Of a stretch of 64,000 bases of DNA, positions 10,701 through 19,641 are shown in pieces. Under the pieces are notes generated by a model. The model was not told the DNA's origin, searched no databases, and saw only the letters and a program-made list of their open reading frames with translations. Both the position numbers and the translations under genes were made by a program. The stretch covers positions 174,220 through 238,219 of the IMG/VR virus record IMGVR_UViG_3300021962_000021, one strand, 5' to 3'. Positions within the stretch are counted from its first letter, which is position 1. The number at the start of each line of letters is the position of its first letter.

Positions 10701-11682
10701 TGCTATGGGTATTGAAGATGTTGCATCAAAGTTTGCCGGAAGAGGTGGATTAACCGATGCATACAATTTCGCAATGAGAGATTTATCAGCTGCAATTAGT
10801 TCTCTATCAGAAGCACAAAGGAAAAAAATATTCAACGAAGGACAATGTTTTATGAATTTGGAAGTAATATGGCCAACTTCGGTAAATGTTATTCCTTATG
10901 GACAGGCTTTATTAGTATTCCACAATACAACATGTTATGATGAGAAAGGTGTTGCAATTGGAGCAGACCAAGGAGCATCATCTACATTAGCAGGAATGAT
11001 TAAGCAAGTAAATGCAGATGTTCAATCAAAATATACAATACAAGGCCCGCCTATTACTTCAATTCCAAAAGATGAAAACCTTTCTTCTAAACAAGGAAAG
11101 TATTTATCAAAATTAAGTAAACTACAATCTGAATTTAAATTATCCGATAGTGATACGGTTGCACTTTATCATCAGAGTTGGTGGGAAAATTTTATAGATA
11201 AAAAATCTCCAGTTAAAGTTGATAAATTAACAAAAGAAGCTTTAGTAAGAAGATGGGCATTTGGTGATAAATCGTTTAGATTAAATACAATATCAAATCC
11301 TAAGTTACAAGAGTGGGCAATAGAGAACGATAAAGTAAATGTAGAAAAACAACAAAAAGAAAATATAAAACCATTTGAAGAAATATTTTTAAGTGTTGGA
11401 GCAGATGTATTAGATTTTGTAAGTTCAGTATTGACAGTTCATCCGGAAAAAGCAATAAGAGCAATAAAGAATAAATTTAAATCAGTTGCATCTGAAGTTA
11501 GAGGGAGTGGAGATAAAACAAAAATACAAAAACTTAAATCGGAATTAAAAAGATTAAATGATTTAGGTGGAATTGATAGAATAGTTGCATCTGAAGGTTT
11601 GGTATTTTTCTATAACGGAAAAACATATAAATTGACAGGAACATTCGCACCGTTAAATCAAATATTAGGATTATTTTATTAA
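7798..11682 (+). CDS. Large modular protein: cytidylyltransferase/NMNAT-like N-terminus, Gly/Ala hydrophobic segment, HExxH module, C-terminal ligase-like nucleotidyltransferase domain
   Basis: GRFQPFHRGH and ISGTDVR (HIGH family); LAHEMVH; EKTDG...NLE...EGLVF...YK. Confidence 0.7.
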   Translation: MNLINEVDKPEIKKTVVIFSGRFQPFHRGHYATYEHLVSKFGAANVYIGTSNDQSGPKSPFGFKEKKEIATKMFGIPSNRFIQIRNPYQPIEILKKFDGQTTQYIAAVGEKDATRLQGKYFKPYKGKAGYGYDEIGYVYPVPAEQNPISGTDVRNALGSGNDEKAKKFFLKAYPKFDKEIYKMITGKLNENFIKGYPSKEDVKKIQKKNDDIRSVATTDDSYVYDPIAELIGRVAAEEMFNEFILEYLDEAPNKALDQDITYTNSKGQQKKIKARDALRLPKDHPAHVQAAKIAGPDDAPVNEPKAKKEPGKAAQKAAEPSQPGQPTKKDQTQQGKIDKEKSSTSAQSGKEQGPPPEQKLSGTELKSSAETTPKDQKAEKVKQALDGARKELSKEDNQTIDKVNNPQSPERKGMMGNIKNGLKKIGDGLGHWAKHKAEMVGGTVDAVKALANGQKIGSTKNKETGEWEYSDEKRKEQIKHIKHFALDAGLLIGSMALGGAGVAGVKAVMAGKGAAAAGSAALHGAAGAFTHGAVGFGAHLGKDIAKHAALETLGLGGVSAAGGGAALSIATGGILEMINEEIDDNNKFISNFMRKVVEKMETYQLSDEQLLKSIENYKKNKPKQDAADLLRENLSETKQQSIQHFVEFATKRLKLQETPKVNLVGGGEFAEIKTSLGGFDPETKEIYVATEGRLTADILRTLAHEMVHRKQDEMGLVRNPMKDGADGSPIENQAHAVAGILMREYGRINKQIYQEGKNSPAYKGPEGYDDSCDCYPNEDINLDVDKGDTLLMGKFKNKKVTVKDIGVDDHGMPTINGKQATTFRKVDEMGSKDIHFKNILDKLKNGNYTTRKKIAMAIVGKYNASRDTIVRALRNMGYDDITNVEKQAGIELNENLLLEGGAYGHMSHPFDDMDLTFGDLKNIITGALNGDLGVVREKTDGQALAISWKNGRLIAARNKGHLANAGANAMGIEDVASKFAGRGGLTDAYNFAMRDLSAAISSLSEAQRKKIFNEGQCFMNLEVIWPTSVNVIPYGQALLVFHNTTCYDEKGVAIGADQGASSTLAGMIKQVNADVQSKYTIQGPPITSIPKDENLSSKQGKYLSKLSKLQSEFKLSDSDTVALYHQSWWENFIDKKSPVKVDKLTKEALVRRWAFGDKSFRLNTISNPKLQEWAIENDKVNVEKQQKENIKPFEEIFLSVGADVLDFVSSVLTVHPEKAIRAIKNKFKSVASEVRGSGDKTKIQKLKSELKRLNDLGGIDRIVASEGLVFFYNGKTYKLTGTFAPLNQILGLFY

Positions 11683-11694
11683 AATTAAAAAGTT

Positions 11695-12366
11695 ATGCAA
11701 AAAAGAACCAGTTTTGACCAAAAAAACAAATACATTCACAAATCTCGTAAAAAGATTATTGATACCGTATTTGGTAGAGAAGATAATACACAAAGAGTCT
11801 TTGGTTATGAAAAAGTAGAAGATACTACAAAAAGAGAAGTTGGAGAAAAGTGGACTGATGCCGATGGTAAAGAGTGGGAGCAAAGAGAAGGATACAAAGT
11901 TGCCGTATCTCAAATGGATGATGTTAGAGATTATTTAAAAAAATTAACTACATGTAAAAATTCAGAATGTAAAACAACAACTTATACCAAAGCCGATAAA
12001 AAACTTATAGTAAGAGCCGGTTATTGTATTAATTGTAATATTGAATTTGAAGCAAAATTGAAAAAAGAAGGTGTTTATCCATTTTATGAAGATTACAAAA
12101 TAACTTCTAATAAAATTGGATGGTTAAGAGATTATAAACAAAAAATGGAAGATAGTTTAAAATATATTACAAAAGATTATCAAATGGTTTATGAAAATGG
12201 ACATGTTGAAAATTGGAATTGGGATATAGATATAGATAAGGTAAAAGCAGATTTAAAAAATGATATAGATAGTTCTTATGAAGCATTGGAATTATTAATA
12301 CATAGAAAAAGGTTATTGGAAGATAAGTTACGAGAATTAAATTATGAAGAACTAATAAAAAATTAA
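11695..12366 (+). CDS. Hypothetical phage protein with Zn-finger-like Cys cluster
   Basis: REVGEKWTDADGKEWEQREG module and CKNSEC...CINC. Confidence 0.6.
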   Translation: MQKRTSFDQKNKYIHKSRKKIIDTVFGREDNTQRVFGYEKVEDTTKREVGEKWTDADGKEWEQREGYKVAVSQMDDVRDYLKKLTTCKNSECKTTTYTKADKKLIVRAGYCINCNIEFEAKLKKEGVYPFYEDYKITSNKIGWLRDYKQKMEDSLKYITKDYQMVYENGHVENWNWDIDIDKVKADLKNDIDSSYEALELLIHRKRLLEDKLRELNYEELIKN

Positions 12367-12368
12367 TT

Positions 12369-13025
12369 ATGAAAAAATTATTGAATTTTAAAAACATTGC
12401 TATCGCAGCATTGATTATTTACATTTTATTACAATGGTTTAACCCAGGTGGAGTTATGCCAGGTGGAAGAACTATCAGAATTGATGGTAAAAAATATGAA
12501 GTATTAAAGCACACAATCGACACGGTTGAAGTAGAAAAATTAAAAGTAGTTACTAAAAAAGGAAAAGATATTGTACATGAAGTAATTGATGTGGATACTT
12601 TAGTTTTAAAAGAATTGGTAAATGTAGATTCTGCAGCAATTCTTAAAGATTATTTATCAAAAGTAATTTATAAAGATACATTATTCCTTCCTGATTCATT
12701 AGGAACTGTTTCATTAGTTGATACTATTACTAAAAACAGAATATTAGGTAGAACATTTGACGCAAAAGTAAAACAAAGAGAAATAAAAGAAACTCTTATT
12801 GTTAAAGAACCGGCTAAACACCAACTTTATTATGGTTTAAATGGTGGATTCAACAAAGCAGATGTGGTATCTCATGTAGGAGCAGGTTTAATGTTAAAAA
12901 CCAAAAAAGATAAATTATATCAATTTGGTGTAGGTGTTACAAATAGAACAGTTGATGGAACAAATGGTTCATTATCACCGTTTATAAATTTTGGAACATA
13001 TTGGAAAATTAAATTGAAAAAATAA
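12369..13025 (+). CDS. Membrane-anchored or exported hypothetical protein
   Basis: N-terminal hydrophobic helix IAIAALIIYILLQWF; beta-strand-like C-terminus. Confidence 0.6.
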   Translation: MKKLLNFKNIAIAALIIYILLQWFNPGGVMPGGRTIRIDGKKYEVLKHTIDTVEVEKLKVVTKKGKDIVHEVIDVDTLVLKELVNVDSAAILKDYLSKVIYKDTLFLPDSLGTVSLVDTITKNRILGRTFDAKVKQREIKETLIVKEPAKHQLYYGLNGGFNKADVVSHVGAGLMLKTKKDKLYQFGVGVTNRTVDGTNGSLSPFINFGTYWKIKLKK

Positions 13026-14635
13026 TGAGTGTTCAAGGGCAACCAAAGAAAACACTTAAAGAGATAATTGCTGATGAATATCGTAGATGTGCGGGAGACC
13101 CCATCTACTTTATGAAAAAATATTGTATGATTCAGCACCCGGTGAGAGGTAAAATACCCTTTCACCTTTATCCTTTCCAGGAATCTTGTTTGACAGATTT
13201 TAAAGATAATCGTTTTAACATAATTCTTAAAAGTAGACAATTGGGTTTATCTACACTTTCTGCCGGTTATATTCTTTGGAAAATGATATTCAATCAGGAT
13301 TTTAACGCCTTAGTAATTGCAACCAAAGTGACCGTTGCAAAAAACTTAGTAGAGAAAGTAAGAGTTATGCATGACCTCCTTCCTGTTTGGTTGAGAGATG
13401 GTGGAACAGCGGCAGCTGAAGATAATAAACTTTCTCTTAAATTAAAAAATGGTTCACAAGTAAAAGCAATCGCATCTTCTCCAGATGCCGGACGTTCGGA
13501 AGCCTTATCACTACTTGTTGTGGATGAGGCAGCTTTCATTAGAGATATTGATGAAATTTGGTTATCAGCACAATCAACCTTATCAACGGGTGGTTCTGCT
13601 ATTGTATTATCTACACCAAATGGTGTTGGTAACTGGTTTCATAAAATGTGGGTTGAAGGTGAAAATGGAACGAATGGATTTAATACGATAAAACTTCATT
13701 GGACAGTTCACCCAGAAAGAAATCAGGCTTGGAGAGATGAACAAACTCGTATCTTAGGAGTTAAGGGTGCAGCACAAGAATGTGATTGTGACTTTATTGG
13801 TTCTGGTGATAATGTAATTGACCCACAATTATTGATGTGGTATAAAGACACTTATGTTATGGACCCTGTTGAAAAAAGAGGATTCGATGGAAACTTGTGG
13901 GTATGGGAACATCCAAACTACAATAGGCAATATATGGTAGTAGCCGACGTTGCCAGAGGTGATGGTTCGGATTATTCTACCGCACAAGTCATAGATATTG
14001 AAGATTCATCACAGGTTGCAGAGTATAGAGGTAAAATTGATACAAAAGATTTTGGAAACTTCTTAACAGCATTAGCAACGGAATATAACAATGCATTATT
14101 AGTAATAGAAAACTCAAATGTGGGATGGGCATGTATTCAGCAAGTAATTGACAGAGCATATCCTAATTTATTCTATATGAGTAATGATTTGAAATATGTG
14201 GATGTTGAAAAACAAATGTCTAATAAATATTATAGAGATGAAAGACAAATGGTTGCAGGATTTTCAACTACAACCAAAACAAGACCTCTTATCATATCAG
14301 CATTGGATACCTATATGAATGATAAAGATATTCTCATTCGTTCCCAAAGATTGATAGATGAATTATTTACTTTTATTTGGAATAATGGTAGAGCCGAAGC
14401 AATGAAGGGATATAATGATGACCTTACAATGGCATTGGCAATCGGATTATGGGTTAGAAATACTGCATTAAGATTAAGACAAGAAGGTATAGATTTAACA
14501 AAAGCAATGTTGGGTTCTTCACAAATAAATAAATATGAAAGTGTGTATACCGCGCATTCGCATTTAAAGAAAAATCCATACGAAATGGATATGGGTAGAG
14601 GAGAAAAGGAGAATCTTCATTGGTTATTAGGATAA
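13025..14635 (+). CDS. terL: Terminase large subunit (T4 gp17-like)
   Basis: LYPFQ adenine-binding motif, KSRQLG, LLVVDEAAF Walker B, STPNG coupling motif, RNase H-like DVARG..DYS and DDL. Confidence 0.95.
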   Translation: MSVQGQPKKTLKEIIADEYRRCAGDPIYFMKKYCMIQHPVRGKIPFHLYPFQESCLTDFKDNRFNIILKSRQLGLSTLSAGYILWKMIFNQDFNALVIATKVTVAKNLVEKVRVMHDLLPVWLRDGGTAAAEDNKLSLKLKNGSQVKAIASSPDAGRSEALSLLVVDEAAFIRDIDEIWLSAQSTLSTGGSAIVLSTPNGVGNWFHKMWVEGENGTNGFNTIKLHWTVHPERNQAWRDEQTRILGVKGAAQECDCDFIGSGDNVIDPQLLMWYKDTYVMDPVEKRGFDGNLWVWEHPNYNRQYMVVADVARGDGSDYSTAQVIDIEDSSQVAEYRGKIDTKDFGNFLTALATEYNNALLVIENSNVGWACIQQVIDRAYPNLFYMSNDLKYVDVEKQMSNKYYRDERQMVAGFSTTTKTRPLIISALDTYMNDKDILIRSQRLIDELFTFIWNNGRAEAMKGYNDDLTMALAIGLWVRNTALRLRQEGIDLTKAMLGSSQINKYESVYTAHSHLKKNPYEMDMGRGEKENLHWLLG

Positions 14636-14640
14636 TCTTA

Positions 14641-14648
14641 TATTTATA
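14641..14648 (+). promoter_or_regulatory. Putative late promoter motif TATTTATA
   Basis: Exact motif in the short gap before 14666. Confidence 0.6.
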
Positions 14649-14665
14649 GATTGAAACTATTATAA

Positions 14666-15742
14666 ATGAACGAAGATTTAAATAAGTGGTTTAAAGAAAA
14701 GTGGGTAAACATCGGCAAAAAAGTTGATGGTAAACACCCACCATGTGGAACTTCGGGAGATAAAAGTGGATATGCAAAATGTGTTCCCGCTGCAAAAGCT
14801 GCTGGAATGAGTAAAAAAGAAAAAGAGTCTGCAACTCGTAGAAAAAGAGCTGCACAAAATGATGCAGGTAGAGGTGGTAAACGTAGTAGTGGACAGGGTA
14901 AAACCCCCATATATGTTTCTACTAAACCAAAAAACGAAGATTGGAGCCAAAAATATAAAAATAGTATAGATTGTAATAATCCAAAAGGTTTTTCTCAAAA
15001 AGCACATTGTGCAGGAAAGAAAAAAAATGAAACTATGAAAATAGAAGAAAAAATAAATCTTTTTTTAGAAAAGAATTGCCCGACAGACCCTGGTAAATGG
15101 GCAGCATCTAAAGCAGCAGCAAAATCTAAGTTTGATGTATATCCATCAGCTTACGCAAACGGATGGGCTGCAAAAAACTACAAATCAAAAGGTGGTGGTT
15201 GGAGAACTTGTAATGAAAGTTTAGGAGAATTAAACGCATTGCATGAATGTTGGGATGGATATAGAGAGATTGGTGGTAAAATCAAAAATGGTAAAATGGT
15301 TCCTAATTGTGTACCTGTAAAAGAAAATATTAAAGATATGAGATTAGTAAATTTAATGCCAGTAAATGGTAAAAACATCAATGAACAAATAGATGAGGTA
15401 GAAGAATATGATGTAGATAACGAACAAGATATGAAAGAGTTCGTTCAGTTTATGAGAGAATATGTTACACAATTAAATGAAGCAGGATGTCCATGTGTAT
15501 TTGAGGCAGAATATCAAGGTAGAAAAGTTCAACTTGGTAAACCAATGCAAGGAGATGTTAAGAAATTCAAAGTTTATGTAAAAAATGCAAGTGGTAATGT
15601 TGTTAAGGTAAACTTTGGTGACCCTAATATGAGAATTAAAAAATCAAACCCAGATAGAAGAAGAAGTTTTAGAGCTAGACATAATTGCGATAATCCAGGA
15701 CCAAGATGGAAAGCAAGATATTGGAGTTGTAGAAAATGGTAA
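14666..15742 (+). CDS. Basic modular protein between terminase and portal (DUF5872/DUF6321-like modules)
   Basis: WFKEKWV, SAYANGWAAKNYKSKGGGW and KVNFGDPNMRIK...SFRARHNC...ARYWSC modules known from T4-like phages. Confidence 0.65.
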   Translation: MNEDLNKWFKEKWVNIGKKVDGKHPPCGTSGDKSGYAKCVPAAKAAGMSKKEKESATRRKRAAQNDAGRGGKRSSGQGKTPIYVSTKPKNEDWSQKYKNSIDCNNPKGFSQKAHCAGKKKNETMKIEEKINLFLEKNCPTDPGKWAASKAAAKSKFDVYPSAYANGWAAKNYKSKGGGWRTCNESLGELNALHECWDGYREIGGKIKNGKMVPNCVPVKENIKDMRLVNLMPVNGKNINEQIDEVEEYDVDNEQDMKEFVQFMREYVTQLNEAGCPCVFEAEYQGRKVQLGKPMQGDVKKFKVYVKNASGNVVKVNFGDPNMRIKKSNPDRRRSFRARHNCDNPGPRWKARYWSCRKW

Positions 15743-15774
15743 TTTGGTAAACCCAAAAAAAATTCGTATATTAT
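15743..15774 (+). promoter_or_regulatory. Putative Bacteroidota-type sigma-A promoter (-33 TTTG, -7 TATATTAT)
   Basis: TTTG at 15743, 20-nt spacer, TATATTAT at 15767, upstream of the portal gene. Confidence 0.55.
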
Positions 15775-15791
15775 AAAAAATTATATCATAG

Positions 15792-17528
15792 ATGGCAGAT
15801 AAATCAATATTTGGTAGGTTACAAAAATTATTTTCAACAAATACCATAATTCGTAAAACACCTGATGGGGTGAAAGTTGTTGATACAGATGAGTATCAAT
15901 CAATGACCACTAACCTCGTTGACCGTTTTATGAAATTAAAGGTAAGTAATTATGCAGGTGGAGTAGAATCGGGATTAGCATATCAACAAGTTCGTATTGA
16001 CCTTTTTAGGGATTACGATTCAATGGATATGGACCCAATTATTTCATCAGCATTGAATGTATATGCGGATGAGTGCACTGCCAGAAATGAATTTGGAAAT
16101 GTTCTTAAAATTCATCACGAAGATGATAACATAAAGCAAATATTAGAAAATCTTTTTTATGATATTCTAAATATAGAACATACCTTATGGATGTGGACAA
16201 GAAATTTAGTTAAATATGGTGATTTCTATTTACAATTAGAAATGGCCGAAGGATTGGGTATTGTAAATGCACTTCCAATGTCTACTTACGAAATGAGTAG
16301 AATTGAAGGTTTCGATCCTGAAAATCCTCAAAGAGTTAAATTTGTATACGCCCCATACCAAAATCCATATAATGCGGTAGGACAAACTGCAAAGAAAGAA
16401 TACGAAAACTATGAAATAGCACACTTTAGATTAAATGGTGATGCAAACTTTTTACCTTACGGAAAATCTATGATTGAAGGTGGTAGAAGAGTTTGGAAAC
16501 AATTATCTTTAATGGAAGATGCTATGTTAATTCATAGAGTAATGAGAGCTCCTGAAAAAAGAATTTTTAAAGTTGATGTTGGTAATATTCCACCAAACGA
16601 AGTGGATAACTATATGCAAAAAATTATCAACGCATCTAAAAAAGTTCCATTTTTGGATGAAAGAACAGGAGAATATAACTTAAAATATAATATCCAAAAC
16701 TTAATCGAAGATTATTATATGCCAGTTCGTGGTAGTGATAATGGAACATCAATAGATACTTTGAAAGGGTTGGAATATAATATGACAGACGATATTAATT
16801 ATCTAAAAGGAAAATTATTAGCCGCATTACAAATTCCAAAGGCTTTCTTAGGATACGAAGAAGATACAAATGGTAAAGCAACTTTGGCCGGCATGGATGT
16901 TCGTTTTGCAAAAACAATTGAAAGAATACAAAGAGTTATTGTTTCGGAATTGACAAAGATTGCAATTGTTCACTTATATGCACAGGGTATAGATGATGAG
17001 AGATTGACAAACTTCAGTTTAGAATTAACCATTCCATCTAAAATATATGAACAAGAAAAAGTTGAGTTATACACTTCAAAAGTAGCATTAATTACTCAAA
17101 TGCAACAAACAAAAATGGTTTCTAAAAAGTGGATGTATGAAACTATTTTAGGAATGGCAAAAGATGAACAAGATGAACAAACTTTAGCTGTATTAGAAGA
17201 TACTAAACAGGCATTTCGTTTAACTTCAATTGAATCACAAGGTGTTGACCCTGCTAAAGAAACTGGTACTGATGGACCAACAAATGTAGAAGAAGAATTA
17301 AATAAATTAAAATCAGAATTAGAGGAAGATGGTGTTGGTAGACCAAAAGACCCTGTTAGATATGGACATGATGACCATCCAGAGGGAAGAGACCCGTTGG
17401 GAATAAAAACTTTAAAAACAAAAGAAGGCTCTGTAAAATACAAACCAAGAAATTCATATTTAGAGATATTTAAAGATATGAATGGTAATAAAAAGACTAT
17501 TTTGACAGAGAATTTGGATAAAAAGTAA
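15792..17528 (+). CDS. gp20: Portal protein (T4 gp20-like)
   Basis: LMEDAMLIHRVMRAPEKRIFKVDVGNIP, EDYYMPVRG, IDTLKG motifs. Confidence 0.95.
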   Translation: MADKSIFGRLQKLFSTNTIIRKTPDGVKVVDTDEYQSMTTNLVDRFMKLKVSNYAGGVESGLAYQQVRIDLFRDYDSMDMDPIISSALNVYADECTARNEFGNVLKIHHEDDNIKQILENLFYDILNIEHTLWMWTRNLVKYGDFYLQLEMAEGLGIVNALPMSTYEMSRIEGFDPENPQRVKFVYAPYQNPYNAVGQTAKKEYENYEIAHFRLNGDANFLPYGKSMIEGGRRVWKQLSLMEDAMLIHRVMRAPEKRIFKVDVGNIPPNEVDNYMQKIINASKKVPFLDERTGEYNLKYNIQNLIEDYYMPVRGSDNGTSIDTLKGLEYNMTDDINYLKGKLLAALQIPKAFLGYEEDTNGKATLAGMDVRFAKTIERIQRVIVSELTKIAIVHLYAQGIDDERLTNFSLELTIPSKIYEQEKVELYTSKVALITQMQQTKMVSKKWMYETILGMAKDEQDEQTLAVLEDTKQAFRLTSIESQGVDPAKETGTDGPTNVEEELNKLKSELEEDGVGRPKDPVRYGHDDHPEGRDPLGIKTLKTKEGSVKYKPRNSYLEIFKDMNGNKKTILTENLDKK

Positions 17529-17546
17529 TAAACGAACAGAAAAGTA

Positions 17547-17554
17547 TATTTATA
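17547..17554 (+). promoter_or_regulatory. Putative late promoter motif TATTTATA
   Basis: Exact motif in the gap after the portal gene. Confidence 0.6.
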
Positions 17555-17575
17555 TCTGATAAATAATATCAATTG

Positions 17576-18445
17576 ATGAAAAAAATTAAACATTCGAAAT
17601 TTAAAAATACTGGATTTATTTTTGAATTATTAGTTAGACAAATTACATCAGAAATAATGTCTGCTAATAAATCCGTAGCTGAAAAAATTTTAAAAGAAAA
17701 TTTTAATTCTAAAAAAGAATTATCTAAAGAATTAAAACTATATCAGTATTTAGTTAATGAAAAATATAATTCAGAAACAAAAGCTGAGCAATTTATTAAT
17801 ACAATTTTAGAAGCTAGAAAAAGACTAGATGAAAAAAAGCTTACAAAAGAAAAATACAATTTAATTAAAACAATTAAAGAAACTTATAATTTGGATGAAT
17901 TTATAAAATCACCAATATCAAATTATAAAACATTAGCATCTATATATAAAATTTTTGAAGTAACTATATCAAACGAACAATACGACCCAACTGATATAGT
18001 ATCTGCTAAATTTACAATTGCAGAAAATATCATCAACACTTCAATTCAAAACAAAGATTCTAAAATCAAAGATGCGGTTTTAGAGGAATATAGAAAACAA
18101 GATGAAGATTTAAGAGCAGTATCTTATAAATTATTGGTAGAATCCTTTAATAATAAATACAAAAATCTATCAGCTGACCAAAAGGGTTTATTAAGAGAGT
18201 ATATTAATAACATTAACAATACAGGAAAATTAAATGAATATGTTTCAATTGAAATTTCTAAATTAGTTGATGGTTTAAAAGAGGTAGGTTCTAAAATTTC
18301 AGACAAAGTTACAAAAATTAAATTAGCAGAAACAATTGCAAATGTAAAAAAAGTAAAATCTGTTAAAAAGATAAAAGAACAACATCTATCCGCTTTAATG
18401 ATGACTTACGAACTATTGAATGAATTAAAAGATAAATTAAAATAA
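17576..18445 (+). CDS. Hypothetical head-region protein (helical, Lys/Glu-rich)
   Basis: ATG at 17576 (the track starts at TTG 17573); KHSKFKNTGFIFELL N-terminus; directly follows portal. Confidence 0.7.
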   Translation: MKKIKHSKFKNTGFIFELLVRQITSEIMSANKSVAEKILKENFNSKKELSKELKLYQYLVNEKYNSETKAEQFINTILEARKRLDEKKLTKEKYNLIKTIKETYNLDEFIKSPISNYKTLASIYKIFEVTISNEQYDPTDIVSAKFTIAENIINTSIQNKDSKIKDAVLEEYRKQDEDLRAVSYKLLVESFNNKYKNLSADQKGLLREYINNINNTGKLNEYVSIEISKLVDGLKEVGSKISDKVTKIKLAETIANVKKVKSVKKIKEQHLSALMMTYELLNELKDKLK

Positions 18446-18447
18446 AA

Positions 18448-18708
18448 ATGACAAATTATAGAATATATAAAGTAAGTAATTTTACTTCTTCTAGTGTTTG
18501 GACTAAATTGGGTAACGAAGCATCTGCAAGTTTGCCTGTAGCTACTGCTTGGGGTATTATGACTCCGGTTGGAATGGCAACATCGGGTAGTGTAACAGTT
18601 GAAGGTGGTGGAGATTTGGTTTTACAATCACTTATTCCTGGTCAAATATATCCATGTTACCCAACGGCTATTAGAGTATCTATGGGAACAGGTTCTGTAT
18701 TATCATAA
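18448..18708 (+). CDS. Small hypothetical protein, possibly virion-associated
   Basis: 86-aa ORF tightly packed in the operon; carries TSSS, SAS, SGS and TGS motifs. Confidence 0.6.
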   Translation: MTNYRIYKVSNFTSSSVWTKLGNEASASLPVATAWGIMTPVGMATSGSVTVEGGGDLVLQSLIPGQIYPCYPTAIRVSMGTGSVLS

Positions 18709-18726
18709 ATTTAAACGGAGAATAAA

Positions 18727-19320
18727 ATGCCAGCAGTAAGTAAAGCACAACAAAGATTTATGGGAATGGTTCACGCCGCACAAAAGGGTGAAGAACCTGC
18801 ATCACCTGAAGTTGCAAAAGTAGCAGCAGATATGGATAAAAAATCTGCTAAAGACTTCGCATCAACATCTCATAAAGGATTGCCTGATAAAAAATCAGAA
18901 CAATTAAATAAAATTAAAGAAATCATTCGTAAGATAGTTAGAGAAAGAATGATTGATGAAATGAATGTTACCGGAAATGTTCAAGGATATAATACACCCA
19001 ATGCATTTTCAAAAGGTGATGATAATAAAAAGAAAGCTAAGAAAGCAGCTGATATGGTGGGTTATAGTGTAGTTAATGAAAACCGTTGGTTAGAATTAAA
19101 AAGAGATGAATCAACTGCACAGGCAAAAATTGGTAGAGGCATATCCAACATCAATAGACAATTAAAAGAAATGGAAAGATTTCTTAATTGGTATGGAAAA
19201 ATTAAAAATGAGAGTGGTGTAGATAACAAAAGTTATTGGAAAAGAACTAATAACAATATTTATGCTATAAAGGAAAGATTAATCAAATTAGACCAAAAAA
19301 TCAGACAAATATCAGAATAA
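18727..19320 (+). CDS. Hypothetical head-core protein (DUF3008-like N-terminal module)
   Basis: MPAVSKAQQRFMGMV...AKDFAST.HKGLP; GGAG SD upstream. Confidence 0.65.
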   Translation: MPAVSKAQQRFMGMVHAAQKGEEPASPEVAKVAADMDKKSAKDFASTSHKGLPDKKSEQLNKIKEIIRKIVRERMIDEMNVTGNVQGYNTPNAFSKGDDNKKKAKKAADMVGYSVVNENRWLELKRDESTAQAKIGRGISNINRQLKEMERFLNWYGKIKNESGVDNKSYWKRTNNNIYAIKERLIKLDQKIRQISE

Positions 19321-19321
19321 G

Positions 19322-19627
19322 ATGAATATAAATCAATTAAAAGAACTTATTAAGCAAGTTGTTAAAGAAGAAAGTGATTACCAACAATTGTTCAAACATA
19401 TGTTGGATAAAACTGGTAAATCTATTCCTGATATGAGTGATGCAGAAAAAGTTAAATTTTTCCAAGCTGTTGATAAAGCAGCAAAAGCAAAATCAGAAGG
19501 TAGATTGACAGGTTTGCCTGAAGAATTGAGTGACAAGCAAAAGCAAATTGATGTTGATAAAGATGGAGAAATAGAAGGTTCGGATTTAGCAGCATTAAGA
19601 GCAAAGAACGAAGAAAAAAAAAAGTAA
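19322..19627 (+). CDS. Small head-region protein with EF-hand-like loop, ending at a slippery A10G site
   Basis: DVDKDGEIEGSD matches a DxDxDG Ca-binding loop; ends GAA AAA AAA AAG TAA. Confidence 0.7.
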   Translation: MNINQLKELIKQVVKEESDYQQLFKHMLDKTGKSIPDMSDAEKVKFFQAVDKAAKAKSEGRLTGLPEELSDKQKQIDVDKDGEIEGSDLAALRAKNEEKKK

Positions 19628-19641
19628 ATGAGAACCTTGCT

